In this document: positions 18,449-26,295 of the stretch, piece after piece
Position numbering within the stretch: position 1 is the first letter of the stretch
How the letters are laid out: the number at the start of each line of letters is the position of its first letter
Assembly (NCBI GenBank): GCA_964606705.1
Contig: CAZSJF010000002.1
Span: forward strand, 1 to 32,383
DNA from: an uncultured Bacteroidales bacterium
GTDB lineage: Bacteria > Bacteroidota > Bacteroidia > Bacteroidales > CAZSJF01
Reading direction: 5' to 3'
Length of the DNA: 32,383 nucleotides
The notes under the pieces: model-generated
The model's database searches: none
Told to the model about the DNA's origin: nothing
The model's input: the letters and a program-made list of their open reading frames with translations, nothing else
Program-made: the position numbers and the translations under genes

Positions 18449-18982
18449 ATGCAAATAACTTTATCTGACCTTGAAAAATCTATCAGGACGATTCCTGATT
18501 TTCCCAAAAAAGGGATCATGTTCAAAGACATAACCACTGCCCTGAAACGGCCGGAGATGTTCAACTTTATGGTTGAGACCATCTATGATTACTACAAGGA
18601 CAGTAAAATAACAAAAGTTGTAGGCATTGAATCACGTGGTTTCATATTGGGCAGTGCCCTGGCATACAAAATGGGAATTGGTTTTGTCCCTATAAGAAAA
18701 CCCGGAAAACTGCCTGCAGAAACATATTCAAAAACATACACTCTTGAATATGGCGAAGATTCCATCGAAATACATAAAGATGCATTATCAGAAAAAGATA
18801 TTGTCCTGCTGCACGACGACCTTCTGGCTACAGGAGGCACAATGTCAGCTGCAATAGAGCTTGTAAAAATATTTAATGTGTCGGGAGTAAAAGTTAATTT
18901 CCTGTGTGAGCTTTCTTTCCTGAAAGGAAGAGAATTACTCGGCAAATATGGCGTGGATGTTTTTTCTTTGTTAAAATTATAA
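18449..18982 (+). CDS. apt: Adenine phosphoribosyltransferase
   Basis: IRTIPDFPKKGIMFKDIT is present, together with the PRPP-binding motif VLLHDDLLATGGT. The 177-aa length is typical. Confidence 0.9.
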   Translation: MQITLSDLEKSIRTIPDFPKKGIMFKDITTALKRPEMFNFMVETIYDYYKDSKITKVVGIESRGFILGSALAYKMGIGFVPIRKPGKLPAETYSKTYTLEYGEDSIEIHKDALSEKDIVLLHDDLLATGGTMSAAIELVKIFNVSGVKVNFLCELSFLKGRELLGKYGVDVFSLLKL

Positions 18983-18991
18983 ACTTAAAAG

Positions 18992-19471
18992 ATGAGAAAA
19001 ATATTTTTTGCTTCGCTTATTGTCGTCCTTGCTTCATGCGGACACAAGAAAATTTTTGAAAAACATCTTGATATTGAGAATTATTCATGGAACAGGTATA
19101 AGAAGTTTGAATATACAGTGCCTGTGAAAGAAAAGGACGTAAATTATGACATATATATAGCTGTAAGGCATATCACACAATATCCTTTTGCAAACCTTAT
19201 GGTTGGATTAAGCATTTATTACCCCGGTGGCGAGGAAAGGTATGATGAGTTTGACCTGATCCTGCGTGATAAAAGCGGGAAACTCATAGGCGACGGGACC
19301 GGTGATATATGGGATATTTCAATACCTGTTATTAAAAACATATCTTTTAAAGAAGCCGGCAATTACAAGTTTGAAATAGAGAACCTGATGCCCAAATTCG
19401 AAACCCCCGGTATAATGCAGATAGGGCTTATCGTTAAAAAAGCTGACAAAAAAACAACTCCCTCATCTTGA
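18992..19471 (+). CDS. gldH: Gliding motility lipoprotein GldH-like
   Basis: It has lipobox LASCG and is 159 aa long. Y.F.NL...L....P.G, L.L.D..G...G.G.G and G.Y.F.I.N.M......GI..IGL.V.K match my memory of the GldH family pattern. Confidence 0.65.
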   Translation: MRKIFFASLIVVLASCGHKKIFEKHLDIENYSWNRYKKFEYTVPVKEKDVNYDIYIAVRHITQYPFANLMVGLSIYYPGGEERYDEFDLILRDKSGKLIGDGTGDIWDISIPVIKNISFKEAGNYKFEIENLMPKFETPGIMQIGLIVKKADKKTTPSS

Positions 19472-21276
19472 ATTTGAACAAGCATTCTGAAAATTTGCAG
19501 GAAATTATTAAAACACTTCCGGATTCTCCGGGCGTCTACCAGTTTTTTGACAAGACTGCCAGAATGATATATGCAGGGAAAGCAAAAAGCATCAGGAAAA
19601 GGGTGCAGTCTTACTTCAGGGAGCCTTATGATAACAATAAGATAGAGGTACTCGTAAAACAAATTAAAGATATCAGGTGCATAATTGTCAGTAATGAATC
19701 CGAAGCCTTACTCCTTGAAAATAATCTTATAAAAGAGCATCAGCCGAAATACAACGTCAAACTGAAGGACGACAAGACATTTCCGTGGATATGTGTAACA
19801 AAAGAGGACTTTCCCAGAGTATTTTCCACACGCAGTATTGTGAGGAACGGTTCAAAATATTACGGACCTTTTGTCTCTTTGAAGTTTTTGCGTGCTTTAA
19901 CGGATCTGATACGGCAACTGTACCCTCTTAGAACCTGCCGCCTGGCCCTGACGGAAGAAAGTATTGCAGATAAAAAATATAAAAGATGCCTTGAGTTCCA
20001 CCTAGAAAATTGTAAAGCGCCCTGCGAAAACCTGCAGAGCAGGGAAGAATACAACAGCAACATAACAGAGATACAGCAGATACTGCGCGGAGATATAGGC
20101 AGTATCCTCCGGAAATTCAAAGATCTGATGTATAAGCATTCCGGGAAGCATGAATTTGAAAAAGCACAGGCGATCAAGGAAAAGATAGAGCTTCTGTCGG
20201 GTTATCAGAGCAAATCAGTTGTTGTAAATCCTGATATCACTGATGTTGATGTTTTTTCAATAGTTTCAGATGAAAAGTATGGATATGTGAATTACCTGAA
20301 GATACTGAATGGTGCAATCGTTCAGTCATACACAACAGAGCTGCAGAAGAAGCTTGATGAAAGTGATGAAGAACTTATTTCAATAGCAATAGCAGAATGC
20401 CGCCAAAGGTTTGAAAGCTGTGCAAAAGAGATTATTATTCCGTTTCAACTGGATATTGAAATACCGGATACAAATTTTATTGTTCCCCAGATAGGAGACA
20501 AAAAGAAACTTTTAAAATTGTCTGAAAATAACATTCAGTATTACAAAGCAAAAAAACAATTGCACAGCCCTGCTCCTGACAGAAGCGCCCGCATTCTCGA
20601 ACAGATGAAAAAAGACCTGCGGCTGAAAGAGATTCCTGTCCATATCGAATGTTTCGATGTTTCAAACATACAGGGAAAATTTGCCGTTGCTTCAATGGTT
20701 GTATTCAGGAATGCCAGGCCGCTGAAGAAGGAGTACAGGCATTACAACATCAAGACCGTTGAAGGTGCAAATGACTATGCATCCATTGAAGAAATAGTCT
20801 ATCGCCGCTATAAACGGCTTCTTGATGAAGAACAGCCGTTGCCACAACTTATTATTATTGACGGGGGAAAAGGACAGCTCAGCGCATCTGTTAAAAGTTT
20901 AAAGAAAACAGGCATGACAGGTAAAGCAGGTGTAATAGGCATTGCAAAAAAGCTGGAAGAGATATATTATCCGGGAGACCCTGTTCCACTCTACCTGAAT
21001 AAAAAATCAGAAACCCTCAGGCTTATCCAGCATATCAGGAATGAAGCCCACCGCTTCGGGATAACACATCACAGGAATAAAAGAGAGAAAGAAACTATCA
21101 AAACCGAACTGACAGAAATAAAAGGCATAGGAAAAGCTGCTGCGCAAAAGCTTCTTAAAAAATACGGCTCTGTAAATGCTGTTAAGGCTTTAAAGATATC
21201 AGAACTTGAAGATACTATCGGTAAAGCAAAAGCAAAGATTGTCTTTGAATATTTTAGGGCCTTAGGTAAGTTGTAA
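19468..21276 (+). CDS. uvrC: Excinuclease ABC subunit C
   Basis: It has a GIY-YIG N-terminus (PGVYQFFD...IYAGKAKSIRKRV), a UVR domain, an RNase H-like endonuclease domain and a C-terminal (HhH)2 (LTEIKGIGKAAAQKLLKKYGS). There is no in-frame ATG before GIY-YIG. The TTG at 19468 overlaps the gldH stop. Confidence 0.9.
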   Translation: MNLNKHSENLQEIIKTLPDSPGVYQFFDKTARMIYAGKAKSIRKRVQSYFREPYDNNKIEVLVKQIKDIRCIIVSNESEALLLENNLIKEHQPKYNVKLKDDKTFPWICVTKEDFPRVFSTRSIVRNGSKYYGPFVSLKFLRALTDLIRQLYPLRTCRLALTEESIADKKYKRCLEFHLENCKAPCENLQSREEYNSNITEIQQILRGDIGSILRKFKDLMYKHSGKHEFEKAQAIKEKIELLSGYQSKSVVVNPDITDVDVFSIVSDEKYGYVNYLKILNGAIVQSYTTELQKKLDESDEELISIAIAECRQRFESCAKEIIIPFQLDIEIPDTNFIVPQIGDKKKLLKLSENNIQYYKAKKQLHSPAPDRSARILEQMKKDLRLKEIPVHIECFDVSNIQGKFAVASMVVFRNARPLKKEYRHYNIKTVEGANDYASIEEIVYRRYKRLLDEEQPLPQLIIIDGGKGQLSASVKSLKKTGMTGKAGVIGIAKKLEEIYYPGDPVPLYLNKKSETLRLIQHIRNEAHRFGITHHRNKREKETIKTELTEIKGIGKAAAQKLLKKYGSVNAVKALKISELEDTIGKAKAKIVFEYFRALGKL

Positions 21277-21546
21277 CGTTCCGCGTGTTGCTTCCAGTTG
21301 CCGATTTCAAGACTCTTTACTGTCTGTATCACCCTTGTGTTGACGTGTTTTAATTTTTTTATTTTAAGCGTGGGAGAAAATTTTTGAAATTCTTTTCTGG
21401 GGTTGACTTTGCAAGCTCTTTGACAAAGCTTCGATTTTAGGGTTGGCTCGTGTAGCTTGGGCAATGTGCTTGCAAATAGCATTGGCTAAAATACAAATTG
21501 TTAATAACTTTTTTGGTGAGAGACTTTAGAAATATTTTTTATTGAT

Positions 21547-21568
21547 TAATTTTGTCAAATATTGACAA
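21547..21568 (+). promoter_or_regulatory. -7 box TAATTTTG overlapping the palindrome TTGTCAA-ATA-TTGACAA, a putative operator of the HTH-MTase operon
   Basis: The -7 motif is at 21547-21554. The perfect 7-bp inverted repeat arms are at 21552-21558 and 21562-21568, 10 nt upstream of the ATG at 21578. Confidence 0.5.
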
Positions 21569-21577
21569 GTCGTTAAA

Positions 21578-21898
21578 ATGCAAAATTCAAAATCTGATTT
21601 AGGACAGTTTTTCAGAAAACTCCGCAAAGAGAAAGATGAAACTTTACATCAGGTGTCAAAGGGAACTGACATTGATTCTCCGATGTTAAGTAAGATTGAG
21701 AGAAGTGATAGAATGCCAACCCTTGAACAACTCAAAAGGTTATGCAAGTATTTCAAAGTTGCAGAAGCGGATTTGAAAGTGATGCACACGGCAGAAAAAA
21801 TAATTAAGGAATACGGTGTCAATGAAACAACCTACGAAGCTGTTAGAATGGTTGAGGAACAAATAACTCCTTTCCTTAAAAAAATCAGAGCGAAATGA
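21578..21898 (+). CDS. XRE-family helix-turn-helix transcriptional regulator
   Basis: LGQFFRKLRKEKDETLHQVSKGTDIDSPMLSKIERSDRMPTLEQLKRLCKYFKV is a classic HTH_3 pattern. Its stop overlaps the next start (ATGA at 21895-21898). Confidence 0.8.
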   Translation: MQNSKSDLGQFFRKLRKEKDETLHQVSKGTDIDSPMLSKIERSDRMPTLEQLKRLCKYFKVAEADLKVMHTAEKIIKEYGVNETTYEAVRMVEEQITPFLKKIRAK

Positions 21899-23649
21899 GT
21901 CCTGTAGAATCTTATACAAAGGAATATCGAAAAGTGAATGGGGTATTTTACACTCCCTCGTTTCTTGCTGAATATCTATCAAAAAAAATTGTCAAATATT
22001 TAGGCAGTAGAAATATTGCAACAATTATTGATCCTGCTTGCGGTGATAGTATTTTGCTACGAAGTTTTGCAAATGAGTTATTGGAAAATTCTTATAAAAA
22101 TCTTCCAAAGATTTTTGGAGTAGATAAAGACATAAATGCAATTATAAGTTCAACTTCAAAATTTGCTGACAAACCTTTGAAAAGGATTGAAACAAGATTT
22201 AATCATACGGATGGGTTATTTCCTGTCAAAGGGAAAAAATCAATTGAAGGTTGGATTGAATTGCGAAAGGAATTAAAAAGCAAAAGCGGTTTTGATATCG
22301 CTATTAGTAATCCTCCTTGGGGTGCAGAATTGAATGGTTATGACCCTATTATTTTGAATTTCAATTTTGCTTTAGCAAAAGGACAGTTTGATATTTTTGA
22401 TTTATTTGTTGAAGTTATTTTGAATAACCTCAATGAAAATGGGATTTACGGATTAATTCTTCCCGATTCTGTTTTCAGTCAGGAACAAGCTAGATTCAGA
22501 TGCTTACTTTCAAAGAATACAACCATTCATTTAATCGCACGATTAGGAGAAAAAATATTTCCTGAAATAAACAGGGCTTGTGTCATTATAGTTGGTGAAA
22601 AAGCAAAAGCAAAAAGCAATCATCAAGTTGATTGTTTTCGTCTGTCTTCAAATTACAAGAAACAGGTAATTGCAAATGAATTATCGTTGGAAGAAGTTGA
22701 AAAGGAATTGATACACAAAGTTCCTCAAAGCAGATTTTTTGAAAATGACAATTATATTTTTGATATTGACTTAAAAACGAATGAGCAACAAACTTTTGAT
22801 AAAATTCAAAACAATAGTTTGTCTGTCAAACAATATGTAAAGAATACAAGAGGTGCTGAAATTTCAAAGAAGGGTGTTGTGTGTCAATGTCCTAAATGTC
22901 AACACTGGATGCCTTACCCAAAATCAAAGCAACCAGCTTGCAACAACTGTAATACACCATTCAATATCGAAACTGTCACTAAAGAAAAAATCATTCTCAA
23001 TCACAATGGAGTTGGAAATTTAAAATTGAAAGTTGGCGAAGATTTATTTCGGTTTACTTCGGTTTCTAAAAGTTGGATTAACACCTTGAAAGAAGGAATC
23101 AACTACAAAGATTTAAGTATTTACAACGGTGATAAAATTCTTGTTAGAAAAACTGGAGTTGGAATTACTGCAAGTATGGATTATGAAAATGCAGTTACTA
23201 ATCAGGTTGTTTACATTTTGAAATTGAAACCTGGCGTTGAAAAAAACTTGTCATTGGAATTTGTATTGGCAGTTCTTAATTCAAGGGCAATGACTTACTA
23301 CCTAATAAAAAAGTTTGGAGAGAATGAATGGAAAAGTCATCCATACTTAACACAAACAATGCTTGTAAATTTGCCATTCCCGAAAATTGATTTCAATTCT
23401 TCTGATGCAAAGAAGTTGATTAACCGTGTTACAAAAATTGTGAGAAACGAAGTTTCTAAATCAAAAGAAAAAAACATTGCAAAAGCGAATGACCTTTTCA
23501 TTGAAAGAGTCGTTGCACATTTTTTTAAAATGAATCAAACAGATTATAAAGCAATTTTTGAAACGCTTAATTCTTCGGAACAACTAATTCCTATTAGGCG
23601 ATTGTTGAATTGCAACACCAAAGAGATTTTTACAGTAAATGGGTTATAG
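21895..23649 (+). CDS. N6-adenine DNA methyltransferase, Eco57I/TaqI-like (gamma-class) with TaqI_C-type target-recognition domain carrying a Cys4 ribbon insertion
   Basis: GVFYTPSFLAEYL is present. Motif I is IIDPACGDSILL and motif IV is ISNPPWG (22309-22320). Further elements are FDIFDLFVE...GIYGLILPDSVF and the C-terminal ILVRKTG...NQVVYIL...LAVLNSRAMTYYL. The ribbon is CQCPKC...CNNC (22882-22950). Confidence 0.85.
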   Translation: MSPVESYTKEYRKVNGVFYTPSFLAEYLSKKIVKYLGSRNIATIIDPACGDSILLRSFANELLENSYKNLPKIFGVDKDINAIISSTSKFADKPLKRIETRFNHTDGLFPVKGKKSIEGWIELRKELKSKSGFDIAISNPPWGAELNGYDPIILNFNFALAKGQFDIFDLFVEVILNNLNENGIYGLILPDSVFSQEQARFRCLLSKNTTIHLIARLGEKIFPEINRACVIIVGEKAKAKSNHQVDCFRLSSNYKKQVIANELSLEEVEKELIHKVPQSRFFENDNYIFDIDLKTNEQQTFDKIQNNSLSVKQYVKNTRGAEISKKGVVCQCPKCQHWMPYPKSKQPACNNCNTPFNIETVTKEKIILNHNGVGNLKLKVGEDLFRFTSVSKSWINTLKEGINYKDLSIYNGDKILVRKTGVGITASMDYENAVTNQVVYILKLKPGVEKNLSLEFVLAVLNSRAMTYYLIKKFGENEWKSHPYLTQTMLVNLPFPKIDFNSSDAKKLINRVTKIVRNEVSKSKEKNIAKANDLFIERVVAHFFKMNQTDYKAIFETLNSSEQLIPIRRLLNCNTKEIFTVNGL

Positions 23650-24721
23650 ATACATCGGCTCTAAGGACAAACTTTCTGATATTATCATTTCGGAAATTAA
23701 GTCCACAAAAAAAGGAGCAAAACATATTATTGATTTGATGGCTGGCACTGGACTTTTTTCATTGGCACTTCGTGAAAAAGGGTTTCAAGTATCGGCAGTT
23801 GATGTTATGACATATTCATATCATCATTTGAATGTGCATTTGTTTTTGAATGAAGCTCCTTCATTCAAAGGAATGGAAGTGATTAATGATTTTGAAAAAT
23901 ACCAAACTCAAAATTTATTTGGTGGAAGTAATTACGAAAAGGTTTTGAATTACTTGAACAATTTAAATCCAGTTAAAGGATATTTCTACAATGAATTTAG
24001 TCCAGAAGGAGAACCAACCAACACATTAAGACCACGAAAATATTTCACTTCTAAGAATGCTGCAAAGATTGATGCAATCAGAAATGAAATTAAAAATCTG
24101 CGAAAGAAAAATATCATAACTGAATATGAGCATTCTCTTTTATTGCACGATTTGATAATGGCTGCAAATGATATTGCAAACATTGCAGGAACTTACGGTC
24201 ATTACTTGTCAAAGTTTGTAAAGAGAGCCAAAGACCCGATTTTACTTTATGCTTCATCATTTTCAAATGGTGGAAATGTAAAGGGTCACAAAGTTTTCAG
24301 AGGTTATGCAGAAGATATTGCAAGTAAGTTGTCGGGCGATATGTGCTACATTGACCCACCGTATATCAAGCGACAATATGCAGCAAACTATCACATACTT
24401 GAAACGCTTGCAAGAGAAGATGAACCCGAAGCAATTGGAGAAAGTGGTTTAAGACCTTGGAGAGACCAGTATTCAAACTTTTGTTCCAAGGTAAAAATCA
24501 GAAGTTCATTTGATGAAATTCTAACTAAAATAAATTGCGATGACTTTCTGATTAGTTACAGTGAAGATGGATTGTTGCCGATTGATGATTTAATTTCTTT
24601 CTTGTCGAGTTACGGCAAAGTTGTCAAGAAAGATATTAAGTATAAACGATTCAAAAGTCGGATTGATAGTAAGAAAGAAGCAACACTGAATGAATACCTC
24701 ATTCACTTGCATCGCAATTAA
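23639..24721 (+). CDS. D12-class (Dam-like) N6-adenine DNA methyltransferase
   Basis: It has N-terminal RYIGSK, the AdoMet motif LMAGTGLFSL and catalytic DPPY (24353-24364, in CYIDPPYIKRQY). It overlaps the upstream MTase by 11 nt. Confidence 0.8.
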   Translation: MGYRYIGSKDKLSDIIISEIKSTKKGAKHIIDLMAGTGLFSLALREKGFQVSAVDVMTYSYHHLNVHLFLNEAPSFKGMEVINDFEKYQTQNLFGGSNYEKVLNYLNNLNPVKGYFYNEFSPEGEPTNTLRPRKYFTSKNAAKIDAIRNEIKNLRKKNIITEYEHSLLLHDLIMAANDIANIAGTYGHYLSKFVKRAKDPILLYASSFSNGGNVKGHKVFRGYAEDIASKLSGDMCYIDPPYIKRQYAANYHILETLAREDEPEAIGESGLRPWRDQYSNFCSKVKIRSSFDEILTKINCDDFLISYSEDGLLPIDDLISFLSSYGKVVKKDIKYKRFKSRIDSKKEATLNEYLIHLHRN

Positions 24722-25767
24722 TCAGTCAATGTTTGTTCTACTGTTGTAATATGATTGAAATGCCATGTGATTGTGTAAGCAATTCCGTTAATAGTAATGG
24801 GAAGTTGTCTGTCAGTAATATTATTAAGATTGATTTCAGAAACTTCTGCGTAATGCAACATTCTATGAATTAATGGGCTTACTACAATAGCATTTGCATA
24901 TGCATCAGAACCGTTTTCTCCTAAAGGAATTAAGTGATGAACTTCTGAATAAAATTCTCCGTCCCTTTTTATGAAAGTGAATTGCTCCCCTGTAATTTGA
25001 CATCGTCCAGCATAAAGATCTTTTAAATTCCTCACCAACCGATTATTTCTTTGACGAATTCGCATCACTCGGTTTACAATTTCTGGTTGCGTATTCGTAT
25101 CAATTAATTCTTGTAATCGTGGAGAAGTATCTTCTAACTCTAATTCTGTCTCAACATCTTGTTCTGTGGGAATATCATTAGCAACTGTAGCTGCATTAAA
25201 ATAAAATGGGCACACTTGATTCGTTGTTTCAATAAAAAGTTTTCCCCTGAATTTTAAATAACCTGCGGATTCTTGAGTAAACATTTTGCTTAACGCAACA
25301 TTGCCTATCCAATTTGCAGGAATTTGATTTTGAAGAAACCAACCTGCCCAATACTCTCCGTCAGTTGTTTTAACAATATAAACTACAAGATTCTCTGCAT
25401 CTGGATTGTAGTCATTTGGAAAACCGTTGTCAGGATGCCAAGAAGGAACTCTGTTTGATGCTCTGCTATGAATCTTCTGTGATGCAATACTTACAGAAGC
25501 TGCTCGTCTTTGGTAAATTCTAAGTGTTATTAGTGAAACAATTCCCAAGCTATTAATTCTGAAATCCCATTGCGGTCTGTCGCCAGCACCAACACCAGTG
25601 TTGACACCTAAGAAGTCAAACCATCTTTGAAGTTGAATATCAGCAATTGGAAAATCAATGTATGACTGTCCGCCTCCGCCTTCTTCTTCTCCTCCAACTT
25701 TGTTGATGTGTCGGAAATCGGCATAGGTCATTCTTCTGAACACTAAACTGTCAACTCTTTTTTCCAT
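24718..25767 (-). CDS. HNH-family nuclease (McrA-like HNH core, aa 252-306) with an unrecognised N-terminal domain; putative restriction endonuclease
   Basis: The HNH core is YAGRCQITGEQF...EVHHLIPLGENGSDAYANAIVVSPLIHRMLHY. The N-terminal 190 aa or so match no family I recognise. An acidic linker (PTEQDVETELELEDTS) follows. The start overlaps the stop of the upstream HTH gene (TAATG at 25765-25769). Confidence 0.75.
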   Translation of the reverse strand: MEKRVDSLVFRRMTYADFRHINKVGGEEEGGGGQSYIDFPIADIQLQRWFDFLGVNTGVGAGDRPQWDFRINSLGIVSLITLRIYQRRAASVSIASQKIHSRASNRVPSWHPDNGFPNDYNPDAENLVVYIVKTTDGEYWAGWFLQNQIPANWIGNVALSKMFTQESAGYLKFRGKLFIETTNQVCPFYFNAATVANDIPTEQDVETELELEDTSPRLQELIDTNTQPEIVNRVMRIRQRNNRLVRNLKDLYAGRCQITGEQFTFIKRDGEFYSEVHHLIPLGENGSDAYANAIVVSPLIHRMLHYAEVSEINLNNITDRQLPITINGIAYTITWHFNHITTVEQTLTD

Positions 25768-25976
25768 TAGAAAAGCTTTTTAATGTCAATATCAAGTGCT
25801 TTGGCAATTTTCTCAATGTTGATAAGAGTTATATTTTTTTCAGCTCTTTCAATCATGCCAATATATGTCCGATGTAATTCAGCTCTAAAGGATAATTCTT
25901 CCTGAGAAAGACCTTTTTTCTTTCTTAAAATCCTTACTTTTTCACCAAATCTAATGAGTATTTTTTTGTTATCCAT
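25767..25976 (-). CDS. Small XRE-family HTH protein, controller (C) protein-like
   Basis: The 69-aa product from the ATG at 25976 reads MDNKKILIRFGEKVRILRKKKGLSQEELSFRAELHRTYIGMIERAEKNITLINIEKIAKAL. The track start at 25997 is a TTG lying inside the predicted promoter. The gene sits directly upstream of the nuclease and is translationally coupled to it. Confidence 0.75.
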   Translation of the reverse strand: MDNKKILIRFGEKVRILRKKKGLSQEELSFRAELHRTYIGMIERAEKNITLINIEKIAKALDIDIKKLF

Positions 25977-25994
25977 TGAGCAAATATCAAAGTA

Positions 25995-26034
25995 CAAAGC
26001 TATTTATAGTATGCAAAACACACAACATACTATA
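25995..26034 (-). promoter_or_regulatory. -7 box TAGCTTTG plus adjacent perfect palindrome TATAGTATG-N12-CATACTATA (putative C-box operator)
   Basis: On the minus strand TAGCTTTG occupies 26002-25995. The 9-bp inverted repeat arms are at 26005-26013 and 26026-26034, immediately upstream. Confidence 0.5.
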
Positions 26035-26287
26035 GTTAGCATTTTAGCGTTGGCAAAATTGCACTCTTTGGCAAGTTTTGGTTTGTGGATCGGTTCGTAT
26101 GGTTGGCAGTCATTCTGATTTGTCTTTCTTTTCTTTCTTTTTAAGCTTGTTGCCAACTTATTTATAGGCGCACCTTTATTACACCTATCTAGCAAATATA
26201 ATATTTATTAAGATAACCTATAGTGTGCTTTCAGGATAAAATAAAAAAATAAAAGCCACAGGATGAACAACGAGTTGCTTTTACATG

Positions 26288-26295
26288 TACTTTTG
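26288..26295 (+). promoter_or_regulatory. Candidate -7 box (TAnnTTTG)
   Basis: TACTTTTG lies 33 nt upstream of the ATG at 26328. Confidence 0.35.

Noticed and set aside
21277-21577. tRNA gene, integrase remnant or att site at the island's left border. This includes the 137-aa minus-strand ORF at 21069-21482.
   Set aside because: No cloverleaf-compatible sequence or T-loop (GTTCGAAT-like with flanking complementary stems) was seen. The ORF overlaps the 3' end of uvrC and has no recognisable motif.
21981-21988. A8 homopolymer early in the Eco57I-like MTase (and T7 runs elsewhere in the island) as phase-variation switches.
   Set aside because: Runs of 7-8 A/T are common throughout this AT-rich window, for example in signal-peptide MKKK codons. 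They are shorter than tracts usually associated with phase-variable R-M genes. There is no evidence for length heterogeneity.
26050-26066. Sigma-54-type promoter suggested by TTGGCAAAATTGCA.
   Set aside because: The GG-to-GC spacing is 9 nt, not the 12 nt or so required between the -24 GG and -12 GC elements.
26004-26195. 63-aa minus-strand ORF next to the C-protein gene.
   Set aside because: It overlaps the predicted promoter and operator palindrome, has no start context or motif, and its translation is lysine- and cysteine-rich low-complexity sequence.
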